Source: Cycas panzhihuaensis
Lineage: Eukaryota > Plantae > Cycadophyta
Reading direction: 5' to 3'
DNA length: 64,000 nucleotides
NCBI GenBank assembly: GCA_023213395.1
Contig: CM041465.1
Coordinates: 231,949,741 to 232,013,740, forward strand
Part shown: one piece after another, positions 24,500 through 39,961 of the stretch
Position numbering within the stretch: the first letter of the stretch is position 1
How the letters are laid out: every line of letters starts with the position of its first letter
Position numbers and translations under genes: made by a program
Notes under the pieces: generated by a model
Database searches by the model: none
The model's input: the letters and a program-made list of their open reading frames with translations, nothing else
What the model was told of the DNA's origin: nothing

Positions 24500-26757
24500 A
24501 TAGGCAAATGAATAAAAAAAATGAATGAAGGAGCATGAATTCCATAAGAAACAACAAAACCAAGGGTCAATCTGTTAAGGAGTCTGAAGCAAGTGGAGCT
24601 TAGACACCCCTAAAACAAGATGAGGGACTTGGGGGACTAATGTTCTTAACACTAGGCTTGATTGTTTGATGTATTTAGTCCAAAAGTTGCACCTTTAGTC
24701 CCAAAATTATTAAAAGGAGGAGAAATTTATGGAAAATGACAAAGGAGATTTAGGCAAAGAAGTGGAAATTCTAAAAGGAGTAATAAAAAAAGAGGATAAC
24801 ACTTCAAGGGAGGCAGAAGAAACCCTAGGCAAGGAGGAAGGATCAAGTAGAGATGGCAGCTTTAAAGGTATAAATAACAATGAGGAGATGTCATTTCAAA
24901 GAGAATAAATAACAATAAGGAGAAGGCAGAGGGAGGTCCCTTAACTTATTTAGAAAATCACTTTAGAAGGAAGTTATTTTAGGACACATCAATTAAATAA
25001 TTAGATCAGTAATTTGTAATTATGATACCATTGGTAATGTAGGTACTATGGTATGAGGAGCCTATTTAATTAAAGACACCATTTTATAATCCATTATTTG
25101 GAAGGGATAGTCTTAGGGGAGAGAGTTTGCTTGAATCAATGTTGAAACTTAGCGTAACTTTAGAGGAAGTTGTGTTGTCTATACCTCCAAAGATAGAAGT
25201 CAATCTGCCTATAATTCCTGAGAAGAGAGCTATAACACTTGTTTGTACCAAGATGGTAGATTTTAAGGAGTTTGGGAAGTTTATTTTTGATGATACAATA
25301 GATGTAAAAGAGCATGTATATCTATTCTAAAACTTAGTGAATGTAAAAAAAATAGCAAATGAAGATGAAATCAAGGTAAAGTTTGCACGTACATTATGGG
25401 GTGTACCATTAGTATGGTACAAGTAATCAAATTCATCAAATAAGACATGGGTAAATGCTAAAAAAGAATTTGAAGAAATGTTTTAAAATTTTAGAAAGAA
25501 TAAGGCAATAGACCTTGTGTTGAAGAAAATCTAGCAAATACATGGGGAACTAGTATTAACATATATAAACCACATAAATATCATAGCTAGCAATATGACA
25601 AAGAAAGCAAAGATTGTAGATTATAATATGAGGAATTATTTTTTCAAGGGTTTGAACAAAACTTCAAGGATAACAATAACAATAAATCCCTTGAAATCTT
25701 TCCAAAATACCTAAGAATTGGCACTTGAATTTAAGAAATATATGGATGCACAACTGGAAGGACAAGGTCAACTCTTTTTAAAACTTCAAGATGAAATTTA
25801 AGAACTAAAATGTTAATGTTACAGTAAATCTTATTTTAAAGTTAGAAAATCATTAGAGGCTTGAGAAGTACAATCTCTAAGGAAGGAAGTTGCAAGATTA
25901 AAGATGGAAGCACAAAATCCTATAGGAGATGAGGATGAAAAACGATAGAAGCAAAGGGAAAAGGAGTCTCGCATTAAAAACTTGCCACATATGTGACAAG
26001 AATTCTTATTTCATAAAAGAATGTAATTTGAACCCTAATAATAGTGTCATCATAAAACAAGACAAGTATTATCACTTATGTGATGTGGAAACCCATACTA
26101 TAAAGGAGTGTTATTTTAATCCTTATTGGAAGAACCACTTGAGTAGGGGAAGGGGAAGAGATGGCAATTCGACTAGAACTATGTATACCACTAAAACTAC
26201 ACTAAACACTTAAAGGAAACTACCAATGGCATGTTATTTAATTTGTTTGGAATTTTTCCATTAGAAATTAGAGTGATTAGTGAATAAAGTACATGAAAAA
26301 TGCCCCTTTTGTGCAAGAATTGTGGGCCTTATACTCTCTTTCCCCCCTTCCCCCCTTCCCCCCCCCTGTCCCAAAGAAAAAAAAAAAGATGTCCTTAGAA
26401 TGTTGGTGAGGATGGAAAACTTGGCTAAGCAACTATTACTAAATAATCAATTATCACAAGTAATCCAGTGGCTAAAAATCATAGTATCACAAGTTCAAAA
26501 CACTTAAGAAATATGTAAGGTTGTAGAAGAAACAATGGCAATAAACAACCTAAGAGTTATGGAATATTATAGCTAGCATTGAAAAATGGTGATAGAAACT
26601 TCTATGTGTATAACTAGTCACAAAAAGCACATGGAGTAAATACACTAACTATTATAATATGAGAATTATCCCCAATGTAAATCATAATATGGAGTTTGAA
26701 AATATGGATAATTGTGAAAACACAAATGAGCATTATTATGAGGATGACAATGATGAA
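24500..26757 (+). pseudogene. T1 gag remnant with CCHC-type zinc knuckles
   Basis: FGKF..DVKEHV..F, KFARTL.G..L.WY, TWVNAKKEF capsid-like motifs; knuckles CHICDKNSYFIKEC and YHLCDVETHTIKEC; the 5' boundary is approximate. Confidence 0.75.
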
Positions 26758-29700
26758 TGTTGTACATCTAACAACTCAAGTTAACTAACTTAGGTTAATA
26801 GTAGTTAATTAGGTTAATTTAAATTTAGGCTAAAGATATCAAAAGGTGGGAAGCATGAATAAATACGACCCAATTATTTGTATATATAGGCATTTCTCCT
26901 TTGTGTAAAGAATGTGACTTTGTTCTCTAATCAATAAGAACTATTTCTGGGGAGTTTTAAATAAGACTATTGGCTTACTGAAAACCCACCCTAAGTGTCC
27001 AATTCTTCTAAAGGCAAACAATCCAAAGAATAGGAATCAAATCAGGTAGCAGAATACATCACTACAAGTAGTATCAGATTTCAAGATCCTTAATAGTCTT
27101 CCTTTGCATTTTAATTTTATTATATGTTTTGTCATTTTATAAGCATATTGTATTATTTGTAATCATATTATTTTTGTCTCTTTCTACTTCATTTTGCCTC
27201 TGATTTTTCACTTTGTATATTTGTGTGTTATCTCTTTTACCTTCCATCATTTGCTTGTTTAGTTCTCTCATCATAACAATCTCATATGTCATCATAGTAG
27301 TCTCATGCATATTTTTTTGCCTTCTATCACTTCTTGGATGCCTTCTTCAACTAAGCATTCATCTTACAAGCTTCTGAACTTTTCATCATCATCATTATTC
27401 CATCACCATAGCTTCCTTTGTCGTTGGTGTTACATTTGAACTGCGATTTGCTATCATCATTTGTTGTCTAATCTACATTCATCATCATGACCAAATAGTT
27501 CACTTGACCCTAAACTTATGTCTTACATAAGTTTACATATCAAATAATTCACATTAGAATATTCTCATTTGAAATACTCTCTTTTTAAATTCAAAGAGAA
27601 ATAAGAGAGAGAAGAAGAAGAAGAAGAAGAAATAAAATCAACTCTCGCCTAAGTGCATGATATGTTCTCTACTAAATCATTTCAACTCACACTCTAGTAG
27701 GCTTGTTGTGGTGTTTACTATTTATATTCCTACCCTTCTTCATTTTCTAGTATCGATCCCTTTGTGTTCTCACCTTCTTCTGACCCCTTGAGTTCTAGAA
27801 ACCACCTTATTTCCCATATATAATTCCACCTCCTTGTGACCTATACCTTGTCTATAGTTCTTCACAACCAATTCAAATGCTCATAATCTTAAGAACTAAG
27901 AAATCCTTCTAGTTCTAAAGCTTAGACTAAGAATTATGAAAGACACTATAGTTTATTATACGAAACAATCAAGGATGGCCAACATAGATGAGTTTGGCAA
28001 AGATATAATTGCCCATCTTAATGCCATTAAAAAATGGATGAAGTTGACAAATAACAATATTTATAAGCTTATGTCTAAGCAAGTAAAACTTAAGCCTAAA
28101 TCTCTTGATCCTCATCCTAATCTGGGCAACTCTAGTGAAAAACATTGTCTGGTATAAGAATTAGCTCACTGTTCTTAATTTAGTATTAAGGGCTCAATAG
28201 GTTTTGGTGAATGGATTTTTAAACTCATAGAAACATTCAAGGATATCCCCATTAATGGGCAAGTTAACCAAACCAAATTTGTTATCAACTATATGGAAGA
28301 ACATATTTATATATATGCTAAAAAATGGTACTCTAATCAAAACTTTATCCTTTAGGATGACTTTGTTGATATTGTCTATAAATACATTAAAGAGCTAACT
28401 CTACATTGTGTAAGGTTTAGCTCTCTCGTCATCTCTAGTGTGACTCCTTAGTTGAAGATTTCCTTTAAATTCTTTGAAAAGCTATAACTTAAGATAACCA
28501 TTTATGATTAAGAGGCTACCCAGTTTTACCAAGCCAATCTATGGCCTAATCTTAGCATTGAGGTCAAAATGTTCCAACTAGACTCCTTAGAGAAGACCAT
28601 TTACCTTACTAGACAAGTTGAGGTTAGATAACAAACATAGTCTCCTCACTATATTCCTCCTAGTCAACATTTTCCCTTAGAAATCGACCCTTACGTATAA
28701 CTCATTTAGCAGACCTTGAAAAACTAGCCCAAAGTAAAACTATAAATGATGTTGTGATAAGTGGGTTCATGGCCATCTCAAAGTATGCCCAAAGTGGAAT
28801 TAGTTATATGTAGTAGAGGCTAAGTTGGATGAAGATAAACCCAATATTCTTGATGAATAACCACCTCTTAAAGAGTAACCACTACTAAAGGATGGGCAAC
28901 TAATTATCTCTTTAGTAGTAACATTTGCCATATAATAACTTGACACTATTGAACTATAAGGGTTCCTATGCAAACAAAAAGTCATCATGTTCATCGACCC
29001 AAGCAACCTGCATAATTTTATAAACACCAAAATTATAATTCACTTGGGCCTAACAAGTCCAAGACATTTCATATACCGGTGCTAGGTGACTGATAAATTA
29101 ATTATAATGGAGAACCTACCAACCAACAACCTCAAATCAACACCCTTACCTTCTACATTTATAATTATGCCTTTCTTATTATAACCCTAGATGTGGTCTT
29201 ATGGGTTGAATAACTTATAAAATTGGGCATCTATGCATTAAATCATGATCAAAATTTCATCTACTTTTGCTAAGATGGTATACTTCATTAATTTTTTGGA
29301 ATTTCCATGCCCATATTTAAAGTCATTTTGGCATTAAAATTGGATAAATTACTCAATAAAGTGCATGTCAAATTTATAGCCCAATTATTTTTTATAAAAA
29401 AGTATCCAATAGAGGATACCATTAATATAAATCAAGCAAGTGACCTCCAAAATCTCCTACAATGACATGAACTAGTCTTTCAACATTTGCCAACTAGATT
29501 GCCCCCTAATCATGGCATGGAGCATATTGATGAGATTAAACCTAAAGAAGGATTAGTTTTAGTTCACCCTTATAGATATTACCACAAATAGAATACTAAA
29601 ATTTAATGACTTACTAATAACCTTTTGGATTCTGGAGTCATTATTAATAGGAAAAGTCCTTATGCAACCCTCATTGTTTTAGCTCAAAAGAAAGATGGGT

Positions 29701-32379
29701 CCTTTTGCCTCTATATGGACTATCAATGATTGAATTCAATCATAATAAAAAGTAAATATCCCATTCCTAAAATGGATGACAACATTAATGAGCTTCATGG
29801 TGAAACATTCTTTCCAAATTTGATCATCAACTTGAGTACTATCAAATACTTATTAGGTTGTAAGTTTATGTAAAACTAATTTTTCAAACTCAATAAGGAC
29901 TATTTGGATTTAAAGTCATGCCTTTTGACCTTACAAATGTGTTGGCTACCTTCTAAACAATCATAAACAAGTTACTAACCCCTTGTTTGTGTGAATTTAT
30001 AATGGTTTTCCTTAATGATATTCTAGTATATAGTAAAAGTTAGCAATAACTTTGTCACCTAGATAAAGTCTTGGATATCTTGAGTTGAAACAAATTATTT
30101 ACCAAACAATCCAAATATCATTTTGACAAGTAAACCCTTGAGTATTCAGGGCACACCATCTATATTCATAGAGTACGTATAGATCCTAATAAAATTCAAG
30201 CCATTTTGGATTGGACCGCCTGAACCACCCTTACTACTCTACATGGGTTTTTAAGCCTTATAGGCTTTAACATAAATATCACCAACATTGCTCTTCCATT
30301 ACAACCCTTTTTACTCACATTTGTTAAAAATAAACTTTTCAATAGCCAGACAAGTTTGAGCAAGCATTTTTCAAATTAAAGGCTTCTATTATCTCTACTC
30401 TAGTCCCTGCCATGTCTAAATTTTCCAAACTATTTGAACTCCATTATGATTCTTTTGGATCTAGGCTCAACATCATTCTTATACAAAAAAATCAACCCAT
30501 TGCATTTGAAAACAAAAAACTTAATATCTGTGAGCAAACCTCCCTAACATATAATAAAAAAATGCTAGCTATTCTCTATGCCTTAGCCAAGTGTCACCAA
30601 TATCTTCTTAGCAATAAATTCATTGTTTATACTGACCATCATAGTTTTAAGTATCTTCTTCAACAACCTACATTATTAGAACTACAACAAAAATAACTTA
30701 TAAAATTATAAGACATTAATTTTGACATTGTCTATAAAAAAGGAAAAGAAAATATAGTGATTTATAATCTATCTTATAGATTTAAATAAAAATTGTATGG
30801 TGTAATTTTTATTGCCTTAGCCTATTTGGATCAACAAACTGCATTCTAAATGTAGTGATGATCCTATCTCTAACACCAAAAATCTAGGGTTATTTATAGG
30901 GGAAGAAACCATTGAACTAATCCCTTTATGGGCAAACTTTTCTCTACAAAAGTCATTTATTTATTGTAATCTTCAACATTAAAGGACACTATACTCAGAG
31001 AAGGGAATGCCACTTTGTCTACAAGGCCTTTAGGATTTGACAAAATAGATGATGAAATTCATATATCATTTTATTAATAAGGTCAAAAAAAGGATATCCA
31101 GAATTTCATTGTAGCATGTGATATTTGTTAGCACCAAAAGGTAGAAACAATGAAACTACTTATGATCTCCTTTAGCCACTGCCAATTCCAAGTCACAAAT
31201 GGATAGATATTAACATGGACTCCATCACTAGGTTGCCTAAATCAATAAGCATAGATACCATCCTAGTCGTTACGGATCGCCTCATAAAGTGTTTATATTT
31301 CATTCCATTGAAAAGCACCTTATTTGCATTTCACACCATCAATTTATTCATGAAGAACATCCACTGCCTCCATGGCTTTCCTAAGACAATTATTAGTGAT
31401 CGAGACCTAAAATTTACAAGTACCTTCTAGCCAGAATTCTTTCAATGGACAGACACTCAACTAAATATAAGTATAACTTACTAACCATAGATAAATGACT
31501 AAGTAAAGGTTGCAAACAAATGTCTTGAAGGATACTTTCATTATTTCACAAGTGACAAATAATATCAATTGATATAGTGGGTACAACTTGTTAAATATTG
31601 GTATAAAACATCTTATCATTATATGATTAAGACGTTCCATTTCCTTGCACTCTATGGATACTACCACCAAACATATATACTACCTTTCAAAATGCATCTA
31701 AGGCCTCAGTAGTTGAATAACTCTAAAAGCAAACTATTGATCTACTATGAGCACTTAAGGATAACTTGCATTTTGCCTAAAATTATATAAAATAACACAT
31801 TGACCAACATTGCTCAAACATATAGTTTAATATGAGCAACTGGGTTTTTGCCCTCTTACAACCTTATAAGCAATCATCATTAAAGTCATCCAAGAAGAAA
31901 ATGACACCTTGACATTATGAGCCATTTTAAATCATGCACAAATTGGCTATGTTGTCTATACTTTGATATGCTTAGTGTTTGGATTCATAAAATCTTCATT
32001 GTTTCTAGACTCAAACTAAAGGTAGGCTCTCAAGTTATTCCACAAATTGAATTATATGTTCTTGATGAAGAGGATCAAGTCCTTATTCTTAAAGGCATCA
32101 TGAACACTTGTAATAAGAACTTATGAGAAAAGACAATGAAGGATACCTGATTAATTAAAAATCCCTTCCAAAAGTAGATGTCACATGGGAGGACAAAGTT
32201 ATTTTCTAGAAAATTTCTAATCTCCCCATGCTTTGAAGGCAAAGTATTTCCAAAGGGGGGGGGGGGGCTTATTACACAGCTAACAACTTAGGTTAATTAA
32301 TTTAGACTAATAGTGGTTAATTAAGCTAATTTAAACTTAGGTGGGAGATACCAAAATGTGAGAAGTATGAATGAATGAA

Positions 32380-32447
<68 letters not shown>

Positions 32448-32618
32448 CATTTTTCCTTTGTGTAAAGAACATAACTTTATTTTCTAATCAATAAGAACTC
32501 TCTTTATGGAGTTATAAATAAAACGATTAGCCTACTGAAAACCTTCAATTCTTAGTTCTTCTAAAGACAAATAATTTGGAGAATAGGAATTAAATCTAGT
32601 ATTATAATACATTGCTTA
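26758..32618 (+). mobile_element. Full-length decayed gypsy chromovirus G2 (5.86 kb, Reina-like)
   Basis: LTRs 26758-27066 and 32270-32618; perfect TSD ATGAA; PBS TAGTATCAGATT 27069-27080; G-run PPT; gag, PR, RT (FLNDILVYS), RNase H, integrase and chromodomain remnants ~27936-32236. Confidence 0.93.
32383..32449. repeat. Compound microsatellite (CT)25(AC)8 inside the G2 3' LTR
   Basis: Seen directly; absent from the 5' LTR. Confidence 0.97.
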
Positions 32619-35600
32619 ATGAATATCAAAGCATAGTTAATGGTGAGGATTTTTATTATTATGAATGAAGTAGAATGTAAAAAATAATATTTTAATATTA
32701 ATGATGACTTCAAGGAAACTTGTCCTAATAATGGTGAAAATTATAAAGGAGATAGCATGAATGATGACCATAATTGTATAAGTCATAGTGGAAAAAAAGA
32801 AGATTGATTTAGGGGCAATAAGAAGAAACTAACAAAACATGCCATACTAAGGAAAAGGTAGAAAAGACAGAGCATGACTACCATGTCAAGATATCATATT
32901 TCAAAAAAGGTGATCAAGGATTATTCTACATCATCAAATTTTAGACATATCTCAAAAAATAAAAAATAAGATAGTTAGGACCATGTTACAAACCACTTAC
33001 CACTAAGCAAAAATAGTTAAGCTACCACTTTACTAAAGATACTTGGATGGTTAATGATAACCATTAACCTTTGTGCGCAGGACGCTTATGTCCACCAATA
33101 GAAATTAAGGCCATTTTTCCTGCCAATTATATCTTGTACAAAAGGGCCTTTCTTACCTATTTATGGCCAAGTGTGTCGTTGAATCTTATTACTATTTTGG
33201 AGGTTGTATTTCAATACCCCCTTTTGATAATTTCTTATGCTCTCTTAGTAAACTTGTGAGTTCATCTTTGTAATTCATCTTTCAAGTTATAATAAAGTGT
33301 TGTTATATTATCTAATATTTGTGTGTTTGTGCTTAGGTTGGAGAATTATTAGAGAAAGCTCATCCCAAGTGGTATTAAAGCAAGGTGTCAGATCCAATAG
33401 AAGTAACTATACAAATCAAAGGAAGCAAAATAAAAAGAGAAAATTCATTTTTCCTTAGTGAATCTCCTAAACCTTTCCTTTTGTACTTCGTTCTATTCAT
33501 TCCAATTGGTTTTGTTAATAAGTGGTTAGTTTCAAGTAGGTAATGAGAGTTAAGTCCCATCCATCCCTTTCCTTAGTGGCTAGGTAGAGACCTTATATAA
33601 TGGGTCTTTAGACATCATGGGAATTTATCATTCCAAGCTAAGCATGTGTCGGTATACACCTGTACATGAAGTGTCTATTAGCCAAGAGAGTCCATAACTA
33701 TAAAATTACCCTACAAATTTATAGGACTTATCTCAATCAATACATCACACTGGTCATTTTCTACTATGATAAATTTAATCATCAATTTTAAGGTCTAATG
33801 ACATATAGGCACTCTGTGGACCTTGTCACTTAACTTTCACCCTTAAATCTCACCTACGCCATTTTGACAAGCTCTTTACACCTATCTTAATGCTCTAGGT
33901 GACATTATATTATATTTTTAGGGGTCAATAGACTATAGAATCCCCCTTCGTCTTTCTTTCCTACCCATTTATATTAGTTTCCAACTTCTTAATATTGTGC
34001 TTTATCTATCTTTTCTCCCTCCTCATGCATAACCTTCTTCGTACTTATCTCCTTTCTTGCAATCTAATTCCTCTAGTCACAACATATAGCACCCATACAG
34101 GTAGAGCATATTCAAGCCTTAGAAATCCAATTCCAAGAAATGTATGACAATATTAACAAGGAGTTAATCAATTTGGATTAGTAGGTCAAGGATTCCAACC
34201 GAAGTAGGACTCATTTGAATAAAAACAAGACTCCCTTAATTAAAAGTTGGATAAAATGTTTCAATGGATGCAATCAATTTTTTACACCCCACCGAGAGAT
34301 CCATCCACCTCCAATAACTTAAGACCCCCACCAACATTCACTTCATAATAAACACAAGCTTATCATAAGAACACCATACCAACCTTCAAGCTAGATTTTA
34401 ATAGGGATTCTACCAAAGCTATATTAACAAATTAGAATCATAGATCACCTTAAATTTAATGTCCTTTGTGGAATAATTGATATTTTCTTCAATCCACTTA
34501 GATGGGAAAGCCTATCATTGGTTCTAATGGCAGAATCAATAGAATCCAATAAACCAAATAATGGACCTCTTCTTAAGAGTTTTTTTGAATAGTATAATGA
34601 CACATGGAAATACTCATTTTTCAACTAACCCATTAGACTTAGGTAGACAACTTCAACAGAGGCATATACTGATGAGTTTTAGGCACTACAGAATTGAGTC
34701 TCTCAACCATGTGATGTTTAAACTCGCATTGATATATATATTTCTAATCTCAAGGAGCATATTCAAATGCTCTTAAAAGTTACTACCTTGTATTCCTTAA
34801 AGGATACCATATCTAAAGTAAGAGTAGTTAAAGTAGAATTTGTAGTAGAATATTCATCCATTTTTAGGAGAGACTCCTTATGGCACTGGCATTCTCATCA
34901 ATTCAACTAGTAGTATCAATGTCCTTGATCAAACAAACACTAATGACTAGTACCATACTCCTCTTTACGTCCAGTTCAAATTCTATCTATAGAAGTTGAT
35001 CATCATGTAAAGGTTGGCCTATGTGTTAAGTGCTCAAAATGTGGGTTCTTGGTCACATAAAGGTGTGAAAGGTAAAGAACACAATTTTTACCATTGACCT
35101 TGATATTGATGAGGATTCTAAAGTTGAAACTAAACTAGAAGCTAATGATGAACCCCCTTAAGAATCTCCCTTGTTTCCTAGCCTAATGTATCGTTATTAA
35201 CAATTTCTTCCTCATCTTACCTGAAGCCACTTTGGATAAAAGGCACCCTATGAAAGACACCCATGTCAATATTAATTGATTATGGTGCATTATTAAATTT
35301 TATAAACATATCTCTAGCTTAATAGTTGAACCTATATATTATCCTAAAAATGGGATTCACCTTCTCCTTACTTGGCCATCAAACTTTATATTATGTAGGT
35401 ACCACTTCAAATTGGTACCTAATAGAAGGATATAATGCCATCCCTAGATTCTAATTGCTCCAAAAATTGGGTACTTATAACATGAACAATTCTCCTACCA
35501 GCCCATTCATGCTATTTAAGGATTAGATAGGCCAAATGCATAAATTATATGAGATACAATGACCTCCTAATCGAATTATATTAATTAATCAAATGTGTAA

Positions 35601-38600
35601 TCATTTAAACAACAATGTTGGTTACATCATCTATATTAATAACATCTAGCCTTCCATAAATATTCATCCTCTTATGTAGACTCTTCTTAATAAATATCAA
35701 TCTATATTTACCCCTCTTCTAGCCACTACCCCACTAGACTGTAATTTTTACCATGAGATAGTACTCAAATAACCACATGACCCTATTAGCCTTCAACCTT
35801 AAAGAAATTTATATTTTCAAAATAATAAAATCAAGAAGATAACAATTGAATTAATAAATATAAGTATCATTCAACCCAATAAAAGCCTATATGCTACACC
35901 AATTATCCTGATAAGAAAAAAAGATGAATTCTTTTAACTTTATATTAACTATCGAGAACTTAATAAAATTACAATAAAAAATAAGATTTCCACTCCTCGA
36001 ATTGATGACATGCTCAATAAAATACATGGGGTGATAATATTCTCTAAATTAGATCTTTAATCTGGCTACTATCAAATTCTTATTACCCTTAAGGACCATC
36101 CTAAAACTGCCATTAACATGTATCACATGCACTTCAAATTCTAATTGACATCTTTTGGCCTCTATAATGCCCTGGCAACATTCTAAGAATTAATGAATAA
36201 AATATTTGGCCCTTATCTTCATAAATTTATGATTATTTATTTTTTACATCTTTATTTACAGTTAAAATTTACACAATCATTATCAATATCTAAGTTAATC
36301 CTATAAATCCTTTCCCAACACCAATTATACACTAAATTACCTAAATGTAAATTTAGAAAATCTAAATTACAATATCTTAGGCATATTACTTCGTCAAAAG
36401 TAATCCAAGTTGACCCAAATAAAATTTTTGTTATTATCATATGGCCTATGTCTAAAACCCTTACTCAACTACAAGCCTTCTTAAGACTTGTGAGCTTTTA
36501 TAGATGGTTTATTCATAATTATGCCTCATTGGTAGTCCTAGTCACAAATTTACTATGAAAAGAGGCATTCAAGTGGTTATTAGAGGGGTATAATAAACTT
36601 TCAATAGTCTTAAAACTATTGTGACATCTACCCATGTTTTTGTCACCCTAGACTTCTATTAACCCTTCTAATTAGAATATGATGCTTTAGGATTTGGCAT
36701 AGGTGCTATTTTGATACAAAATTTTCACCTAATAGCATTTGAAAGTCACAGACTTAAAGATCATGAATGTCATTTATAGACCTATAAAAAAGAAATAAGA
36801 GTTATTTTGCATGTTATTGATATGTAGGCTCTTAATTCATAATCCTAACAGACCACCATAGCCTACGACACCTCTTAGATTAACCAATCATGTCAGAAGA
36901 GCAAGTTAAATAGATTAACCATTCACAAGTCTTTGACTTCTCCATTGAGTATAAAATAGGCAAGGAAAACATGGTTGTCGATGCTCTCTCCCACATTCCC
37001 ATAGAGTCTATTACTAATAAACCCTCCATAGAGTCCCTCATTAATAAACCAATTATTCATGCCATTTCTAAACCCCAACCGATATGGTTAGCAAATTTAG
37101 CAGGAAAATATCTCTCCCACCTAGAATTTGATAAGTGGGCACCTAAAGTACATACCGACAAAGATTGGTATCTCTATAATTCCTAATTTTTATATTGAAA
37201 TTAGATTTTTGTTTACCTTGCCTCATCATTCATCCCTTAAATTTTGATTGAATACCATTCCACCCCCTTGGTGGTCATTCAAATTTTGACAAAACATATA
37301 GATGAATTTGATCTGACTTCTACTGGCCTAATATAAAATCTTTAATCCTCCTATTTATCCTTGAATGCGATACTCGCTAGAGAAATAAGGTTGATATTAA
37401 AGCTCAACCTAGCCTCCTCTAACCTCTGAATATACCTTAGAGTAAATGGTTGGATATTATTATGGATTTCATAATTAGGTTACTATTATTTATTAGGATT
37501 GACTTGATATAGGTTATCATTGATAGACTTGCTAAGTACACATATTTCTTACCCATTCATACTCTGTACAAAGCTTTTTGCTTAGCCAATCTTTACATCC
37601 ATTTAGTATTTTATCTCCACAACTTCTTATTATCAATAATTTTTTACTAAGATCTAAAATTCACAAGCATATTTTAGCTAGATTTCTTTTGGACCTCTGG
37701 GATCCCACTTAATATGAGCTCAACTTACCATCTGTAAACTGATGATTAATCTAAAGAATTGAATAACACCTTATAATTATATTTATGATGTTTGCATTAA
37801 AACATTAGCATAAATGGATTTCATGATTAGTTTTTATAGAATATTGGTGTCAATCTTCATACCACTTAGCAATTGGCATGTCCCCCTTTATGGTCCTCTC
37901 ACCACTAATCTTTACACTACTATAGTCCAATAAAAGCTTTAAGACATGGATCAGATTCTACATACACTTAAACAAAACATTGCAATGACCTAAAATTGCA
38001 TGAAATAACTTGCCAACCACTATTGTTCTAATTGATCATTTGATATAGGTGATTTTGTGTTCTTTTGGCTTTAATTATATAAGCAACAATCCCTCAAATA
38101 TCATAAAAACCAAAAGTTAAGCCCTTGTTATTATGGCCCCTATAAGGTTTTTGTAGTGTTTCCTTTTAGAAAATCAACCTTATAAATGTAGATTAACAGA
38201 AAATAGAAGACAAAATATGTGAACAGATCATAAATTGAACATTAAATGGAGTACCAAAGTAACTACTCTTTAAAAAATAATAATCCTCAATAACCGTTTA
38301 TAAGTGATATTTAACCCTTTAAATAGACATACAGAGGTCTTCTTCCTTATGATCTTATCAATGACCCTAGTGGCCTTACATCTTATTGGAGGGCTTAACG
38401 GTTTGTGTACATGTCTTAACAACTAACATCAATCCTTAACCCTTTGGTAACTCCCATTTGTTGGTGCTTAAGAATGGTGGGGTTATATTACAAATCCCCC
38501 CTCTAAGAGGCAGAGTCCTCGCAACATTAGATATAAGGGTATTACTAGACAAACACATCTAATTTCTAAGTTGTTTCATCTATATCATAACTAATCCATT

Positions 38601-39961
38601 GTACCAAATACTCAGAAATAATGTGATTCCAAAGGTAGCATTGGTGGATGGAAAGGATTTTATTAGGTGGGATTGTAAGAGTTTACTTCTTAGAGAGAAT
38701 AGGTAAGGTGGTATAGGATGTACTTTTACTTTGAAATATATTTTTAGGTAAGAGACATAGAATATATTCATGGATATTAGTATTCAGGGGGAGTTCAAGG
38801 ATGTAGGCAACTTCACCAACTTTGTGGAGGACTTTATAAAGACTATAATAATGTGGGATTAGTTTATGACCTTGATGTGACTTAAGAGATTTTTTCTTAT
38901 AAGATTGGAGGTAGAGGAATATAAGATCTCTAATGTTAAAGGGCGAATCAGACTAGTGGCAGTCAATAAGTTGCTTCATGTGATTTCAAGCTAGGTCAAA
39001 TTCTATCAAAATGTATGGATGATTCGATCCATTTCTTGAAGCTTTTATTATACAGAGGCCATTCAAAAGTTTGTGGCTAAGGTATGGTAGGAAAGGAGGT
39101 GGTAACCATAAAGGGCCAAAAAGGGGACATATTGCTGGTAAAATGGTACGAGGAGTTATACTAATACTCTATTGTGGAAAGCTAGGAGGTCTACTTAGCT
39201 TGATATTTTGAGGTAAAATAATGTAGATAAGTTTCTAGGGTTTTGTTTAAGACCTCAAATTGACCATTTATTTGTGAGTGGTAGGTAGAACTTATGTTAA
39301 GTGAGGTTCTAACATCCTTAAAGAGTTCTTGCCAAAATCAGCTAGTAAACTTTGGGTCTCGATCACAAACAATAGATGAAGGGAAGCTGTGAAGGTAGAA
39401 TACAAATTAGATGTATAGGTTGGTAAGATAGGAGGATGTAAAGGAGGTTTAAACTGGGAGGAACTATGAATATTTGGTTAATTAATCGTTGATTATCTAA
39501 GTAGAATCAAATCTCATAAATGGAGGTAAGCCTATTATAAAGTCTATAAAAATATCCTACCACTTACCTTATGGAATATTTAATAGTTAGAGAAGTCTAG
39601 GAAGGCCTTTAGTATAGACTTTATTTTATTGACACGTGTCACATTCTAATATAAAGGTTAATATGGTAGTATTCAAACAGGGCCAAAAGAAATTATCATA
39701 AATATATCAATAAGTTTTATCAAACCCTAAGTGGCCATTGAGGGGAGAAGAGTGGCATTCTATTAAGATTCTAGGAATGAATAAGGAGGATGGGTAGACA
39801 AAGATGTGATTTCAATAGAGTAGATGATTGTTAAAGGTTGACCAACCTTTGTGGGTGAAATTTTTTTTACTTTAGCTAGGGTAGTCAGGTTAGGCCTAGT
39901 TTTTAACCTATAGTTCATCAAGCCAAAGGGCTTAGGGCTTGGTTATGGCATGAAGGTTTAG

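Noticed and set aside
33071-33259. Similar ORFs 33071-33259 and 52266-52481
   Set aside because: Both lie within the two G3 LTRs
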